64,000 nucleotides of DNA. It comes from Podarcis melisellensis (Eukaryota). A model generated the notes under the pieces. That model was not told the origin of the DNA, ran no database searches, and was given only the letters and a program-made list of their open reading frames with translations. How positions within the stretch are numbered: position 1 is the first letter of the stretch; every line of letters begins with the position of its first letter. The translations under genes were made by a program, and so were the position numbers. The DNA lies in the NCBI GenBank assembly GCA_964234715.1, contig OZ174284.1; one strand, given 5' to 3'. This document shows positions 13,437 to 26,810 of the stretch, one piece after another.

Positions 13437-13487
13437 AAAGCAGAAGCTACTGGAGAAAAACGACCAAGAGGCCGACCCAGGAAATGG
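13437..13487 (+). CDS. HMGA2: HMGA2 exon 3 (internal 51-bp coding exon, third AT-hook)
   Basis: AAA GCA GAA GCT ACT GGA GAA AAA CGA CCA AGA GGC CGA CCC AGG AAA TGG = KAEATGEKRPRGRPRKW, the HMGA2 exon 3 peptide with the PRGRP AT-hook. Phase 0/0, preceded by poly-T + ACAG and followed by GTAAGT. Confidence 0.97.
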
Positions 13488-13493
13488 GTAAGT
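13488..13493 (+). promoter_or_regulatory. 5' splice site of intron 3
   Basis: Consensus GTAAGT after the TGG codon. Confidence 0.93.
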
Positions 13494-15219
13494 ATTGCAA
13501 TTTTTAGTTTTTATAAAATTAAATTTGCCTCTTTTAAGAATTCAGCAAGGTAACCTTAAAAAGAAAGAAAGAAGGCAGCTATTTCGTTTTAGTTTAACAA
13601 ACGGCTGCGGTCAGTTTGCCTCAATCCAGTGAACCAGACCCCATCATCAGAGGTTGGCATTGGCAGGCATGTTCCAGGGCCCGTGAATGGGTGGAGGGCA
13701 CAGATTGCTAATGCCAGGCCTGAGATGGTTGGAGTTAGCACATCAGAAGTGGAGGGGGAGAAAGGTGGCACAGAAGGCGGCCACACATGCTCCCTATAAT
13801 TGCCTTGATGAGTGACCTCCTCCCACCCCCGGCGTGAGACAGGCTATATATGCTCATTATCCTTGTATGGTCTATATAGATCCCCACCCCCTGTAATGGC
13901 TAGGGGCAAAAAGTCTGTGTCTGACAAGGTATCTCTACTCCTCCTCCTCCCCACTGCCACCATCACTGCTCTTCCATGTCCTTGGAGCCTCCTGGCCAGA
14001 ACCCACTCCCCTCCACACCATGGCAATGGCAGTGAGTCATGGAAAGGGATGGGACCTGTGCAAGTTCTGCAGTGAAGGAGAAGAGCAGCGACCCATAAGC
14101 AGCGCTGGTGAGGAGCAGATTCTGGATTGGGGAACTTGGGGCTTGCAGAGGTTGCTGGACTCCAGCTCCCGTTGTCCTCAACCAGCATGGCCATTGGTCA
14201 ATGAAGATAGTACTTGCAGACCAACAAAAATCTGTAGGGCCATAGGTTCCCACCCTGATGTGCATTTATAGGGGAGCAGAGGGGCTCACTAGAGGCCTCT
14301 TGAATGGGACTCATGATAACCTGCAGCACCCTTGCTGAGAGTTAAAGGCAGGTGAGGAGTTATCTCCACTTCCTACCTTTAGACTTTGGGAGTTTGTTCA
14401 AAGACACATTTTACTACTGTTTGCTGGGAGGGGATATCTGTGTCTTATCAGCATGAATGAACCTCAGCTCTTCCCTTTTTTCTTTTTTTGAAAGTGAGAG
14501 GTGGAGGGGAAACAGAACACTGAGGTAGTTTGTTGAGTAATTCAGTTACAAAGGTTAAAGAGTGGGGTTTATCAGGAGTCCAAACGTGATTAGGAAAGAG
14601 GATAACATTCAAACACAGTGTATACAAAAAGCAGGTTAATAAACAAAACTCCTTTGTCTCTTTCATGAATGTCCCATAGTTTCTGGAAAACACCCCGCTC
14701 CAATTGCAGGAAACCTATACCCACTCCCTCAGTGATTTATATTATTTCTCCTTTCTGGGTCACTTCAGAGATGGAAAAGGCGGGCCTAAGGCAGAGGAAG
14801 TTTTAGGGCAGCACAACCAGTGCGATCGCTGGGGGAGCCAAAACAATGCTATAGAATGTAGAGAGAGGTGGCAAGGAGGGGGAGCGAATTTTAGTGTCAC
14901 CGAGTGTGTCACTGAAATTTGAGAGCCCCAAGTCCACCACTGCCTGAGGGAAGCGGATTTGCACATGCAGGTCACTTTGCTAGGCCAACTCAGCATCTGG
15001 GGTAAGGTTTGTGTCTCCCAGGATGGAAGAGGAGGAGCTGGAGAATATCCCCTTGCACCTCTTAAAGCAGCAGTGGTGTGGCATGCACAGAACAAACACA
15101 TGAAGCATGCAGGGTGCACATTCACTGTCACACATGCAGAGAACAAGACCATACGCTGCTCTCTTCTTTCCTTTGCTCAGGCTGCTGCTCTTTCTGGTGC
15201 CAACACAGGCCCTCTACCT

Positions 15220-15506
15220 AATAATAATAATTTATTTATACCCTGCCCATCTGGCTGGGTTTCCCCAGCCACTCTGGGCAGCTCCTAACAGAATATTAAA
15301 AACACAATAAAAATCTTCCCTATACAGGGCTGCCTTCAGATGTCTTCTAAAAGTCACATAGTTGTTTATTTCCTTGACATCTGATGGGAGGGCGTTCCAC
15401 AGGGCAGACACCACTACTGAGAAGGCCCTCAGCCTGGTTCCCTGTAACCTCACTTCTCACAGTGAGGGAACCTGCAGAAGACCCTTGACGCTGGACCTCA
15501 GTGTCC
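15220..15506 (-). mobile_element. L2-clade LINE 3' fragment
   Basis: ORF 15232-15453 gives RAFSVVVSALWNALP...FRRHLKAALY, typical of the L2 ORF2 C-terminus; 3' UTR and (TAT)n tail follow. Confidence 0.85.
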
Positions 15507-18500
15507 TAAGCCCACAGGGTCTTCTCGTCAGGGACGAGTGCGTCCAAAAGTGAGTGTTGCCACCCAAGACTCTTTACCCAAGCCCCACAGCCCGATGGGA
15601 TGCCTGTTGCCTCCTCCGCCATTTGCTGGTGGGGATGCAGATATCCCTTCCCTGTTCATCAGATGACCTCATGAGCAGCGGAGGAGGCAATTGCCTCACT
15701 ATCAAGGTGCAAGACTGCTTTATATGTTTCTGCCCAAGGAGTGCTTTATATGTTTCTGCCCATCCTGGTGCCATGTCCACATTATCTTTCCTTTTTACCA
15801 TTTATGCCAAAATGTTTTTTTGGGGGGTAGGGTAGGATGAAAAAATTGCTTAGGGGCTGGCTCAGGTTCCCTGGCCAGGAGTTAACCACCCCTGAGTTAT
15901 ATTATTGAATCTATCAAAGAGTTTTAAAACTCATGGTCATATATTTTTACCAGAAGATGATAAATTAGTGTTGTTGTTATTATTTTTAATCACCCTTATC
16001 CAGTAATTATTTGTGGATGTGGGAGATCTGATGCATACCTGCGAAAGGTGTGCATAGCTCCCTCCATTGAAGTGAATGCTTTATGGAAGGATCTCTAGAT
16101 ATATAATGGACCACACATGCAGAACTCTTGTGTCGAGGGCCATGTAGAAAGAGATGTAAAAAACAAACAAACGGAGGAGGATGTTACCCAAAGCCATATG
16201 GCCCTTTGCATTTTAACAACCCACCTCACTTTACACTCCACCTCTGTTTGTCATACACATTTCCTTTAAACCTTTAAATTGCACTGGAGTTATTTTCCTA
16301 TTTAATCCGGTGCATTTGCAGTTTGCATTCCTTCTAAACCACTCTATTATTTATAATAGGGGTCACTGGGATTTTTGTTTTTTTATGATATTTGAGGTGG
16401 GGTAGAAGGTGCAAAATTACATGTGGTCGAGTTTTGCGTTTTTACTTTTTTTGTGTAAGTCTGCAAACCTTTCTTTTTGTGAGTCTAAGATTCTGTGTCA
16501 TATGTTGTTCATCAAACTGTAAAGTATTATTTCTCCTGTTTCCTTCAATGTGTACATGCAGAGATATATTAGCTAACAGAGCTCTGCAGAACTTGTGGTA
16601 GCCAAGTCTTCCTGCCAGTTCCAACTTATATACTTTACATCTGGTGATTCTCGTTGGTTTTTTTTTTTTTTGAAATGGTAACTAAATTTATTGGACCAAT
16701 ATGATACCTTGGAATAGTAGTAGTAGTCATAATAATAACAATGGCATAAAGTGCATTCTGAAGCATGTAGTAAATTACTTTATCTTTTCAATAAAATCAT
16801 ATTGCTCCTAAAAAGCATTCTGTGAAAGTAAGACTACTGGAATAAGCATAGAGCACAGTGTCATGCATTCTTTGATCAGGGAGACCCAAATACAAACCAA
16901 AATCTGGAATCGGTATCTTAGTTTCAAATATACAAACGATTATTTGTTGTTGCCCAAAGCCTGACATATTGGTCACAATCCAGGCAATCTCCGTAGATGA
17001 TTAATACATTTGTAAATTGCCTTCCACGTATAGGTTCCAATGTGATTTACAGATATATCCTTAAACCAGCTAAAATAAGTACAAGAACAACCAGGTGTAG
17101 GTTTAAAAACAACACGGAATGACCTTTGCACCTGGTCGAGAAAGCTAGTTGAAACAAAAATGTATTCGGTTCTTTTCGTAAATTACAGATAGTGGGCGGC
17201 TGTCATATCCTGACAGGAATACGGTTCCACAGATACTTGATTTGAGCCCAGTGATTTTAGTGGGAGCTCTGTGCCGGATCACAGCCAATGGCTCTGATTC
17301 CCCCGAGCGATCTGTGGCCTGAAGTAGGCTTCTGTTCACAGGTTGCCATACCGAAGATGAGTTGTGTGAGTCAATATGTACGGTGCAGGGTAAAAATGGG
17401 ATCCCCATCTCTCAGGATTGGTTAATGCTGTGATCCTTGCAGACGACTAGCCGTCAGTGCAGCAGGCTTTGACATTCCTTCTCTCTGCCCGCAGTCAAAG
17501 ATGAACATCTCTTTAGAAGCTGTGTACAGTCTTTTAAAGTAGTGAACATAGGAAGCTCTTTGCCCCACGGCTCTTTACAAAGAACTGTGAATTGAAGCAA
17601 TTAACCTGTAAATTTCATTGACTTCAGGCTGTGTTTTCAGCTCAATTTGCTTAATTTTGCAGCCATAATGGAACACTTTTTTTAAAAATGTGGACATTAA
17701 TACATTTTTATTGCATCTCTCCATGTACTCCAGGGTAGAGGAGGATAAAATAGGTCTGTATTAAATAATAATTTCAATTTAAAAAGACAGCACTTTTAAA
17801 ACAAGCAGGAACACAAAAAAGTGCTAACATGCTCATAATTAGGTGGTTAGATCAGTTCTCAGCCCAAGGCCTTGGAAAACAAGGAGGTTTTATGTCTCTT
17901 TCTAAAATCCAAACACTCGTCACCTTCTAGAATGTTGTTCTTTTAACTCAGGGCTATCGGTGAAAAGGCCATGTTTCTTGCTGTGACTGTTTTAACTTCC
18001 CACAAGGAATGAGCACAGAGGCAGCTTCTAATCAAAATATATCCATTTGCAAGGGAGCTCATATATGAAGAGATGCTTACTGAAGTTTGTAACGTGCATA
18101 CCAAAAAGGAGGGGAAGGTAGGCAGAGATTGAAGGGACCTGTGAACTTTCTGACATATTTTCTCCATCCATGAACTGTATTTTTTTGCCACAGTACGCTA
18201 CTAAGACATTTCCCCAATAAATGTAGCATTTGTAGCAGGCTCATTTTTTCCAATATTCTTTAATTTTCAGAGCACTGGATGATGGCCCCGGCAGTGATAC
18301 GAGCTATGTTTTAAAGAAAATAGTATCTGAATGACATATTACACGTCTTGTCACGCAACTGTGTAGTGTTTTTTCTTCTTTTTGCTGCTATGGTTGAAGC
18401 ATGGAGGCTAGACCATTCAACTGTATGATTATGCAGCACCATCACAGAACGTGGCATTTGATAGACTTTTGTAAACAAAAAAGGATAAGCAATTGTCCTG

Positions 18501-20514
18501 AACCCTGCAGTGTTCACCGGATTGGGCTTCGATTGTCAGGCCCACACAGAGGAGGTAGAGAAAAAATTGGGGAGCCGGGGCAAACTGTAGGAAAGAGGAG
18601 GGGGGGTATCTCCTTTCTGCCATGACTTCAACCACTTTGAAAGGAGAAACATGTATACTGGCTCTCCCCTATGACCCTCCGGCAGACCAGAGAGCCTCAG
18701 TGGAGGTTGGGGAGGGCTCTGATAACTGATGGGGAAGGCTGAATAGGAGGTGGGAGTAACTGAGCAGGAGGGTGCAGGCTTGTTTCCTAGAATCAGGTCC
18801 TGCCTTTGCAGATGGGAGCGGACCCTGGTAGAGTGTGTGTGTGCAAGCTCAACATTCCCGTTTGGCAAAAGAGTCTTGTGAGTGAGCACACCACACCTCA
18901 TCTTTAAAAGCTTGGCAGGAGGGGTGAGAAAACTTGTTGGGACACCTTACTTGCTTCTGTCCAGTTCTGAACCTCTTACCTTGCTCCTGAACTCCTGAAT
19001 CTTAGCTCTTGAGCACTGTGTGTGCTGCTGAGCCCACACCATTACCTGCCTGAACGAAGATCTTTCTTATGTACAAGTCAGAGCCTCTGTCAACTTCTTT
19101 TGGTTGGGAGCTAGGACCAAAGGTTGCACTAAATTTTGTCAGTGGGAGAACAAGCTGCTGTCTCAACCACCATACCTGTGCTGCAGTGTACGTTTTTGCT
19201 AGCAATCATAATAGCAAATCTCCATATCAGAAAAGACCCCTCGGTTCCATTTGTTAAGTATAAAAGTCATTGCCACACTGGTAGAAAATAAAGTTGTGCT
19301 GGGTGTTTGGGTATTTTTCTATGGGACAAGAATGCTATATATTAAAACAGAAGCCATTTAAAAACCCCCGCCTAGGAGCAGAACTGGTGGCCAGTTCTCA
19401 CTTTCAGTAATTACCAAGGACAGTCATTAATGGTTTGATGTCAACATCCACTGATGACTTACATGCATGAATAGCCCATGTCACAGATTTAATACCACTG
19501 CTATAACATTCATATCGCCTCAAACGATGCTTCTGAATGGTGAATTCACACTTTCAGCTACCTGCCTTCAAGTGTACAGTAATTATGAGAAGTTTGTATG
19601 CATGCATTAACCTTTCACAAGGGTGAACGGATTATGATTTATTATGAGCAGAAAGACATACACCATGCTAATTAGGCCTTTTAAGACTGCAACCCCAAGC
19701 ATGCTTACTAGAGAATAAGTCCCAATGAATGCAGAGAGCCATACTTTTGAGTAAGCATGCTGATGATTGTACCGTAAAGTGCCATTTATTGAAAACAAGT
19801 GTCTGATTTCCACTGTGATGGACATATCTAGTTCTTGGTGGAGGAGATACCTCTCGTGAGGTAGGCTCAGCATTTGTGACACTCTCGAGAGTTTCCAAAT
19901 GTGAGTGGTCTATGTTTAGGAAAGTGGATTATGAGTCAGGATTCCTGGGTTCTGTTTCTAGTTCAGTGAGGTGTCAGGCAAGCCGTTTACTATCTTCCGG
20001 GCTAAATATACCTTTTGACAAGTGTATAATGATTCCATTTTTATATGCGATACTTTGGGAGCGATTCCAAGCCCCTTGCGCTTACTCCCGTGGGGAATCT
20101 GAGTTTAGTTGCGAAGCATGCAAGCATATGCATATCTCTTTTAATGGTGTCACATTATATAGAGTTCCGAGGGCCCCATATAAAAGGCATGTGCACTGTG
20201 TGTATTTTCCTCCTCCAAACGAAAACCCCAAATGAAACTCCCTCTTCTATTTCCTTGTAGCACTGGATATGCCGTATATGAAAGCAGGCATCTCTTATTA
20301 AGCAATAGCAACTGAAAAACATATTTCCCAGGAGATGGTTTCTAATTTTACGACACATGGAGGTTTTTAAGAACCACCAATAAAGTACTTTATGTATGAC
20401 CTAGGTAACTCTACCTGTTTTTATTCATATTTCTTGCACTGTATTCCCTTTCATTTATTTGTTGCTGGCCTCAGATTTTGAAAAAGCCAAGTAACGACTG
20501 CAAGGATCAGAAAT

Positions 20515-20800
20515 GAGCCAGTGTGGTGTAGTGGTTAAGAGCGGTAGTCTTATAATCTGGTGAACTGGGTTCGCTTCCTCGCTCCTCCACAGGCAGCTGC
20601 TGGGTGACCTTGGGCCAGTCACACTTCTCTGAAGTCTCTCAGCCCCACTCACCTCACAGAGTGTTTGTTGTGGGAGAGGAAGGGAAAGGAGAATGTTAGC
20701 CGCTTTGAGACTCCTTAAAGGGTAGTGAAAGGCGGGATATCAAATCCAAACTCCTCCTCCTCCTCCTCCTCTTCTTCTTCTTCTTCTTCTTCTTCTTCTT
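20515..20800 (+). mobile_element. tRNA-derived CORE-type SINE (Squam3-like) with (CTC)n(TTC)n tail
   Basis: gagccagtgtggtgtagtggttaagagc head, gggtgaccttgggc CORE motif; second copy at 34250-34497. Confidence 0.85.
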
Positions 20801-21870
20801 TGCTAATATCTCTGTAGTCTGCTCTTGATACCTTACACAAACGATAATAAGTTTTTTGATAGTAGAGAAGTCTCTGATACAGTTTTTGAATACATTTAAA
20901 TTAGCAGTAGAGGTACCATTGTTCATGCTCTTGGATGTGAAAGGGAGTCACTGGTGTTACGAACATAACCGTATGTATGGTCCATTGTTTTCCCTCTGGA
21001 AATTTCCAGTGTTGCTAACAAAAGAATTTGCTGTGTTTATGGAGCAGGTTCACTGTATGGCTGAGATTGAACAGTTGTTGCATATTTGCATTAAATGCTA
21101 CTTTATCAGCTTATTTCTTTGGTAATCTAACAAAACATGGCTGCTGAATTTTAATAGTATACAGGCCATATGTCCTGCATGGAAATAATATTTATACCCC
21201 CACTTTTTTTTTTTTTTTTTACAAGCCAGGTATGATGATTTAATGATATTTTATTTGTAGGCCACCCTGGTACATAGGGTCTAATAATTAGTTAATACAT
21301 AACATATAAAACAGCTTAGGGCAGTGTGTTAGGAAATTCCCACGTGTTTGGATCTTTTTTTTGCAGGTTTTCACGATCAAGTTCCCAGGAATGTTTTGGC
21401 CTGTTCCTAGGTGGTGGTTGGTTTTCCCCCTCCAGATTTAGCAGTAGGCTGTTGTCAAGACATATGGGGCCTTCTTTGACAGTGCAAGGAGTGTAGCAAC
21501 TGTCTTGTCTCTCTGTCTCTCTGTAAGACAGTATCCCCAAGATGTGTTTTCTGTTCTAACTGTTCCATGTTGTAGTGACAGCTAGAATCAGAAAGGTGTC
21601 CCTCTCAGCTCTTCATCTGGAACGATACTATAAAAGGCAGGAATCACAATGATTGTTTGGTCTGGTCTCAGTGATCCTCTGAATAGTGGTGTAGGACTCT
21701 TAAATCAATGGACTGCCACCTGATTCTCTTTCCACACTCTTATTAGTGGCCAGCCACTTTGCAATATCGCAGAGGAAATACAAAAAGATCCAGAGAGGAC
21801 AAAGACTTCCATTGCCTGACTAGCTTACTTGACCATTCCCAACCGCTGAACCATGGCGGCGAGGGAAGGA

Positions 21871-22015
21871 ATGTAGGAACATGCCTTATAACGAATTCGA
21901 CTGGCAGCAACTGTTGGATTGCAGGCAAGAGTCTTTACCAAACTAACTCAAGATACTTGGCGGCTGAATCTGGGACCTTCTGGATGCAAAGTATGCTGTC
22001 TATCACAGAACTATG
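21871..22015 (-). mobile_element. Old tRNA-headed SINE with CR1-like tail, degenerate
   Basis: Similar to 60259-60430 (taggaa..tgccttata...gggacctt.tg.atgcaaagtatg). Confidence 0.55.
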
Positions 22016-22236
22016 AAGAGAAAGCAGCATGCCTTTACAGCAGCCCAGCCAGAGCCTATGCCTCCCTGCACACTCCATCCCACCCCTTGATTCAGTCAAC
22101 CTCTATCTACTCTAAATCATGTAACTTTTCTATAGCTGGGCCAATAGCAGCTGGTGGGTGAGCAGTTTCTTTGGGGAAATGGCAGTGAGGGAATGGGTTA
22201 CCTCGCACAGCACCATGGTCCTGATCCGCTGATATT

Positions 22237-22624
22237 TAGGGCTGGGCAATACCTGGTTTTTTTTTTTGACATTGTGCTATATCACCAGCTAAACATCATA
22301 ATATACCAATAAATCACAATGTTTGAAATAGGGATGGAGGCATTGACTGGCTTCATGCTTTCTCCTGCTCTTGTGATTTGCTGTCTATGGCATGAGGCAA
22401 GGACTGAGCTGAGCTGGCAGAATTAATAGGCACTGCAGGACTCGAGAGAAGCGTTGAGTGGCTTCACAGTTTTCCCCACATTGTGATTTTTGCATAGAGA
22501 GTACTGACACACACACGCACGCCATGCTTCATGATATATTGCCGGGTCGAGAATTATAAAACCTATATCAAATATGGACTTCAAACCGGTTTTGGACGGT
22601 ATATTGATATATTGCCCAGCCCTA
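22237..22624. mobile_element. hAT-type non-autonomous element
   Basis: Perfect 15-bp TIR tagggctgggcaata/tattgcccagcccta; 8-bp flanks ctgatatt/ctggtgtt. Confidence 0.85.
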
Positions 22625-23712
22625 CTGGTGTTATGATTGCATCTGATAATTATAAAGTATTCATATATGCAGTAGCAGTGTTACTTATTTCGTCTTGATC
22701 CTGGTAAATCATAATTCAGGGATCCAGCCGAAGCCCTTATGGCAGCTCTTTGCCAAAGAGATGGGAGACCCAGTCACAGATCGCTTCTATTGCAGCTGCT
22801 TTTGGGCCCTGAGAAATAAGAGGCAACCTGTGCTAAAATGATCAGCGAGACAGCCTGGAGTTTGCATCTGTTATGTTTAAGTAGCTTACACACATTTGAA
22901 AGGCAGACTGGAACCTGTAGTTCCAGTGTGCCGTAAAAAGGGTGACTTGATCCAATATGTTATCTTAATCTAGTTTGACTGTCGCATCAATTAGCCTCAT
23001 CAAGATGAACTGGGGACCCTTTTCATGTCCTAATACAAACACATGGGATTTTTCCTTTTATGATCTTAACAACGTTGCTTTGTGCTAACATATCCTTGAG
23101 GTTTCCTTTGCGCTTGCTTAGAACTCATTCATACTGTATTGTGACATGTCGGTGATGACAAAATCTGTCCTGGGGGCCTGTTTTTACATTTGTCTGTTAA
23201 GGGAACTTTTTTCCTTTTCTTTTTTTACAAATAGAAAAAGAAAATAAAAGCTTGCCATCAGCTCATAAGCTTTAAAAATCCTGAATAGAAGAAGCAGCTG
23301 TGGGGAGCATGCATTCCTAAATGTTTAAAGCATTTATACAATAATTGGGTGCAACAGAGCTCTTCCTGTAATGAATGGGCCTGATTCTGGTCATGCTTCA
23401 TTCAGAGTTCATACTGAAGTCATTGGCTGGTCTGCATAGGAGGCAATCAAATGATCTTCCTGTACATTTGCAAAAGTTTGGGAAGAAGTGTTCCAAAGCG
23501 GCTGTGATCTGATTTCTTAGTCTGAGTATAGGAGTGGGAAATCGGTTGTGGATTCCACTTCCAAGCTCCAGAGCATTGTTTCAAGAATAGAGAGTACCAG
23601 GGCTGGCCAGTTCAGTTCTGCGAGTAATAATATATATATATATTTTAAAAATATTCCTTACGCAAATGATTTTCAGTAGCAAGCAAAATTTTTCAAAGTT
23701 ATTAGTTTGCAT

Positions 23713-24116
23713 TTGTATTAATTTACAAAGTCCTGAACAACTTAGGTCCACGGTATCTCAGTGATCACCTGAACCCTTCTATCCCAGCTCAATCCGGAGG
23801 AGCATCCTTGGTCCTCCCCAGTGTTGGCGAGGCTCATTTGACAACAAGAAATAGTGCCATATAGCGAAATGCTCTGCCAACAGAAATTCAACAGACGCCT
23901 TTTGTTTCACCTTCTAAATGCCTGCTGAGAATTCTTCTATTCTGCCAGGGCTATGCAAGCAATTGAAAATACATCTTTCCACAGTACTTAATTAGCATTT
24001 GATTTAAGCTTTTGTATATGGTTTTTATTGTATGGTTTTACGTACTAGTGTTGTAAACTGCTTTGATTTTTTTTTTTAATGAAATGGTGTATCAAATATT
24101 TTATAAAATAGATAAA
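23713..24116 (+). mobile_element. Old L2-clade LINE 3' remnant
   Basis: Residual frame LIYKVLNNLGPRYLSDHL, then a T-rich 3' UTR; ends approximate. Confidence 0.6.
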
Positions 24117-24188
24117 CTATAAGCATGGGTTTCGGAATGCAAGATTAGTCAGCTATCATGTTTATGCATCTACCTACTTACTTCTCTA

Positions 24189-24540
24189 GGGACGTGGGTG
24201 GCGCTGTGGGTTAAACCACAGAGCCTAGGACTTGCCAATCAGAAGGTCAGCGGTTCGAATCCCTGCGATGGGGTGAGCTCCCATTGCTCGGTCGCTGCTC
24301 CTGCCAACCTAGCAGTTCGAAAGCATGTCAAAGTGCAAGTAGATAAATAGGTACCACTCCGGCAGGAAGGTAAATGGCGTTTCCGTGTGCTGCTCTGGTT
24401 CGCCAGAAGCGGCTTAGTCATGCTGGCCACATGACCCGGAAGCTGTACGCCGGCTCCCTCGGCCAATAAAGTGAGATGAGCGCCGCAACCCCAGAGTCGG
24501 CCATGACTGGACCTAATGGTCAGGGGTCCCTTTACCTTTT
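24189..24540 (+). mobile_element. Sauria SINE, full length (subtype A)
   Basis: TSD tacttacttc at 24175/24541. Confidence 0.93.
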
Positions 24541-25046
24541 TACTTACTTCCCTTATTTTAAAAAATGTGACCAATGGTCAGGGTTGGATGGGAGTTGTAG
24601 TTCAACCACAACAGGGAACCCCCCAGCTTCTCCATCTCTGATTTATGGCCTATTAATGGACTGCACTGTCCTGCAGATTCCTTATGCAAACTTGATTGCT
24701 TAGAAGCAGAGTAGCAGAGGACATGATATATCATTACAGACCACAAACCCAGTTTTATCAGTTTACCTACTGAGGGATGATGACAGGGAGAGAGCAGGTG
24801 CTGAGTATTTGCTCCCCCCCCCCCCACATTCTCAAAGTGGCAGCCATAAGTTGCCAGCCAAGCTTTACAGTAATAGCATTCTCCCCTTCTTTTTATAGAC
24901 AGGGAGGAGCTGTACAGAATGCATCTAATAAGGAACCAAGTGCATGCCTTTAATACCAATACCTAATCTTAATAGAACATTTGATGGAAAAGTTGTGGAC
25001 AAGCTTCTTCATTTTTTTAAATGCTCTACAAATTTTCTGCCCCACT

Positions 25047-25536
25047 TCTCCCTATATAATTTGACCTATAGTGGGCATGCAGTTTTCATTTCCATTATAT
25101 CAGAGAAGGTAAAATCCTAGAGAGTGCCTAAAAGCTTAAACCTCCAGTGATTGGGGTGTGTGTCTCCCTATATACCGTATTTTTTGCTCTATAAGACTCA
25201 CTTTTCCCCTCCTAAAATTTAAGGGGAAATGTGTGTGCATCTTATAGAGCGAATGCAGGCTGCGCAGCTACCCCAGAAGCCAGAACAGCAAGAGGGATCG
25301 CTGCTTTTGCTGCGCAGCGATCCCTCTTGCTGTTCTGGCTTCTGAGATTCAGAATATTTTTTTTCTTGTTTTCCTCCGCCAAAAACTAGGTGCGTCTTAT
25401 GGTCTGGTGCATCTTATAGAGTGAAAAATACGATAATTTGACCTCTAGTGGGCATGCAGTTTTCATTTCCATTATATCAGAGGAGGTAAAATCCTAGAGA
25501 GTGCCTAAAAGCTTAAACCTCCAGTGATTGGGGGTG
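25047..25536 (+). repeat. ~115-bp tandem duplication, second copy interrupted by a MITE
   Basis: 25047-25158 is repeated as 25163-25174 + 25434-25536, with three differences. Confidence 0.93.
25175..25433. mobile_element. Tc2-like (CCGTA-ended) MITE with internal perfect hairpin
   Basis: TA|ccgtattttttgctctataaga...tcttatagagtgaaaaatacga|TA. Confidence 0.92.
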
Positions 25537-26763
25537 AATGATAGCACTAGACTATTCTGTATAATACCCAGGAGGTTGTAACTTCCTGAAACATCTGGAT
25601 CTGGCTACTGTTGGCAAGGAAAAATTACTCGGCTCGATGATCCACTGTCTGGCTCAGTAAAGCTGTTCTTATGAGGGCATTATGATTACATCTGATTGTT
25701 TATAAAGTAGGCATACATGCGCTCACGTTCAGAGCGTTACATTCTTCTTGATTCTCCAGTGAAATTATAATTTGGCGAGTGATATTGCTGTGTGGTATCA
25801 CGGTCATTGGCAATTGGTCACTTGAAAATGTCCTCACACAAGGAAATCCTGCCAAAGGGAAATGAGATGCAAAGGATGAAAGTGGCTGTTGTAGAATTAT
25901 TTTAAACATGATTTCATAGCCAGCTAGAAAAATTGGTAATTGCATCCTACTGCATTTGCCTCTGGTTTAAATCCATTAACTCAAGGGTGTTCCATCGAGG
26001 GTGGATGTACAGTATTCTTTTGTGTCTGGAATGCCTTGATGACATCCATGTGAAGGGGAAGTGAATTTATGCTGGAGTCTAATATATTTGGGGGGGAAAT
26101 TCCCAGCTATGAAAGTCTTCCTTTATCTTTGAATTTCCTGGCTTTTATGGATTTATATTAGATCTTTTATGTTATTTCAATGAGGGCCTTTTGCGTGTGT
26201 GCTCGTTTGATGTCCTTGAGATTGTTTTCATTGGCTATATATACGTATACATAGAATGAAAATAAAAGAAATTTCATTGGAGAATGTTGCATAGCTAGCT
26301 GTGTGGGTTCCGAGTGGAAGAAAGACCTCAACTCCTGAGACCGCTGGGCCCACCATCACAACACCTGGAACGCTTTTTAGAAGCGAGTGTGTGCACATGA
26401 CAGTTTAACTAGTTTTCGTGAACATAAGTTAAAATGATTTCGCCTTATAATTCAGTTTTGAGTTCAGTCTGCGCTAGATTCACAAGGGCTCTGCTGTGAC
26501 ACCTATAACGCGTGCCAAAGCTCCCACAGCGTAATATGCGAATCCAAAATTAAGAAGGCTCCCTTTGAGAGTCCATTGAGCACTGCCTCTTCATTGCTGA
26601 GGGATTGAAGAACCCCCCCCCCCAAGCATCCTGGTCAGCTCAGAGGATGGGGCCCTATTTATTTATTAGATGAATCTTAGTGTTCCATACTGTTGCAGTT
26701 AAAAGGACAGGTTAAGTGGGGACTTCAGTACTATATCTCTGCCCCTGTATGTATAGAAATATC

Positions 26764-26810
<47 letters not shown>
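26764..26810. repeat. (TA)n(CA)n compound microsatellite
   Basis: Direct reading; abuts a MITE end. Confidence 0.95.

Noticed and set aside
18278-18330. C/D box snoRNA (atgatgg...ctga)
   Set aside because: Imperfect C box, too short, no terminal stem or evident guide
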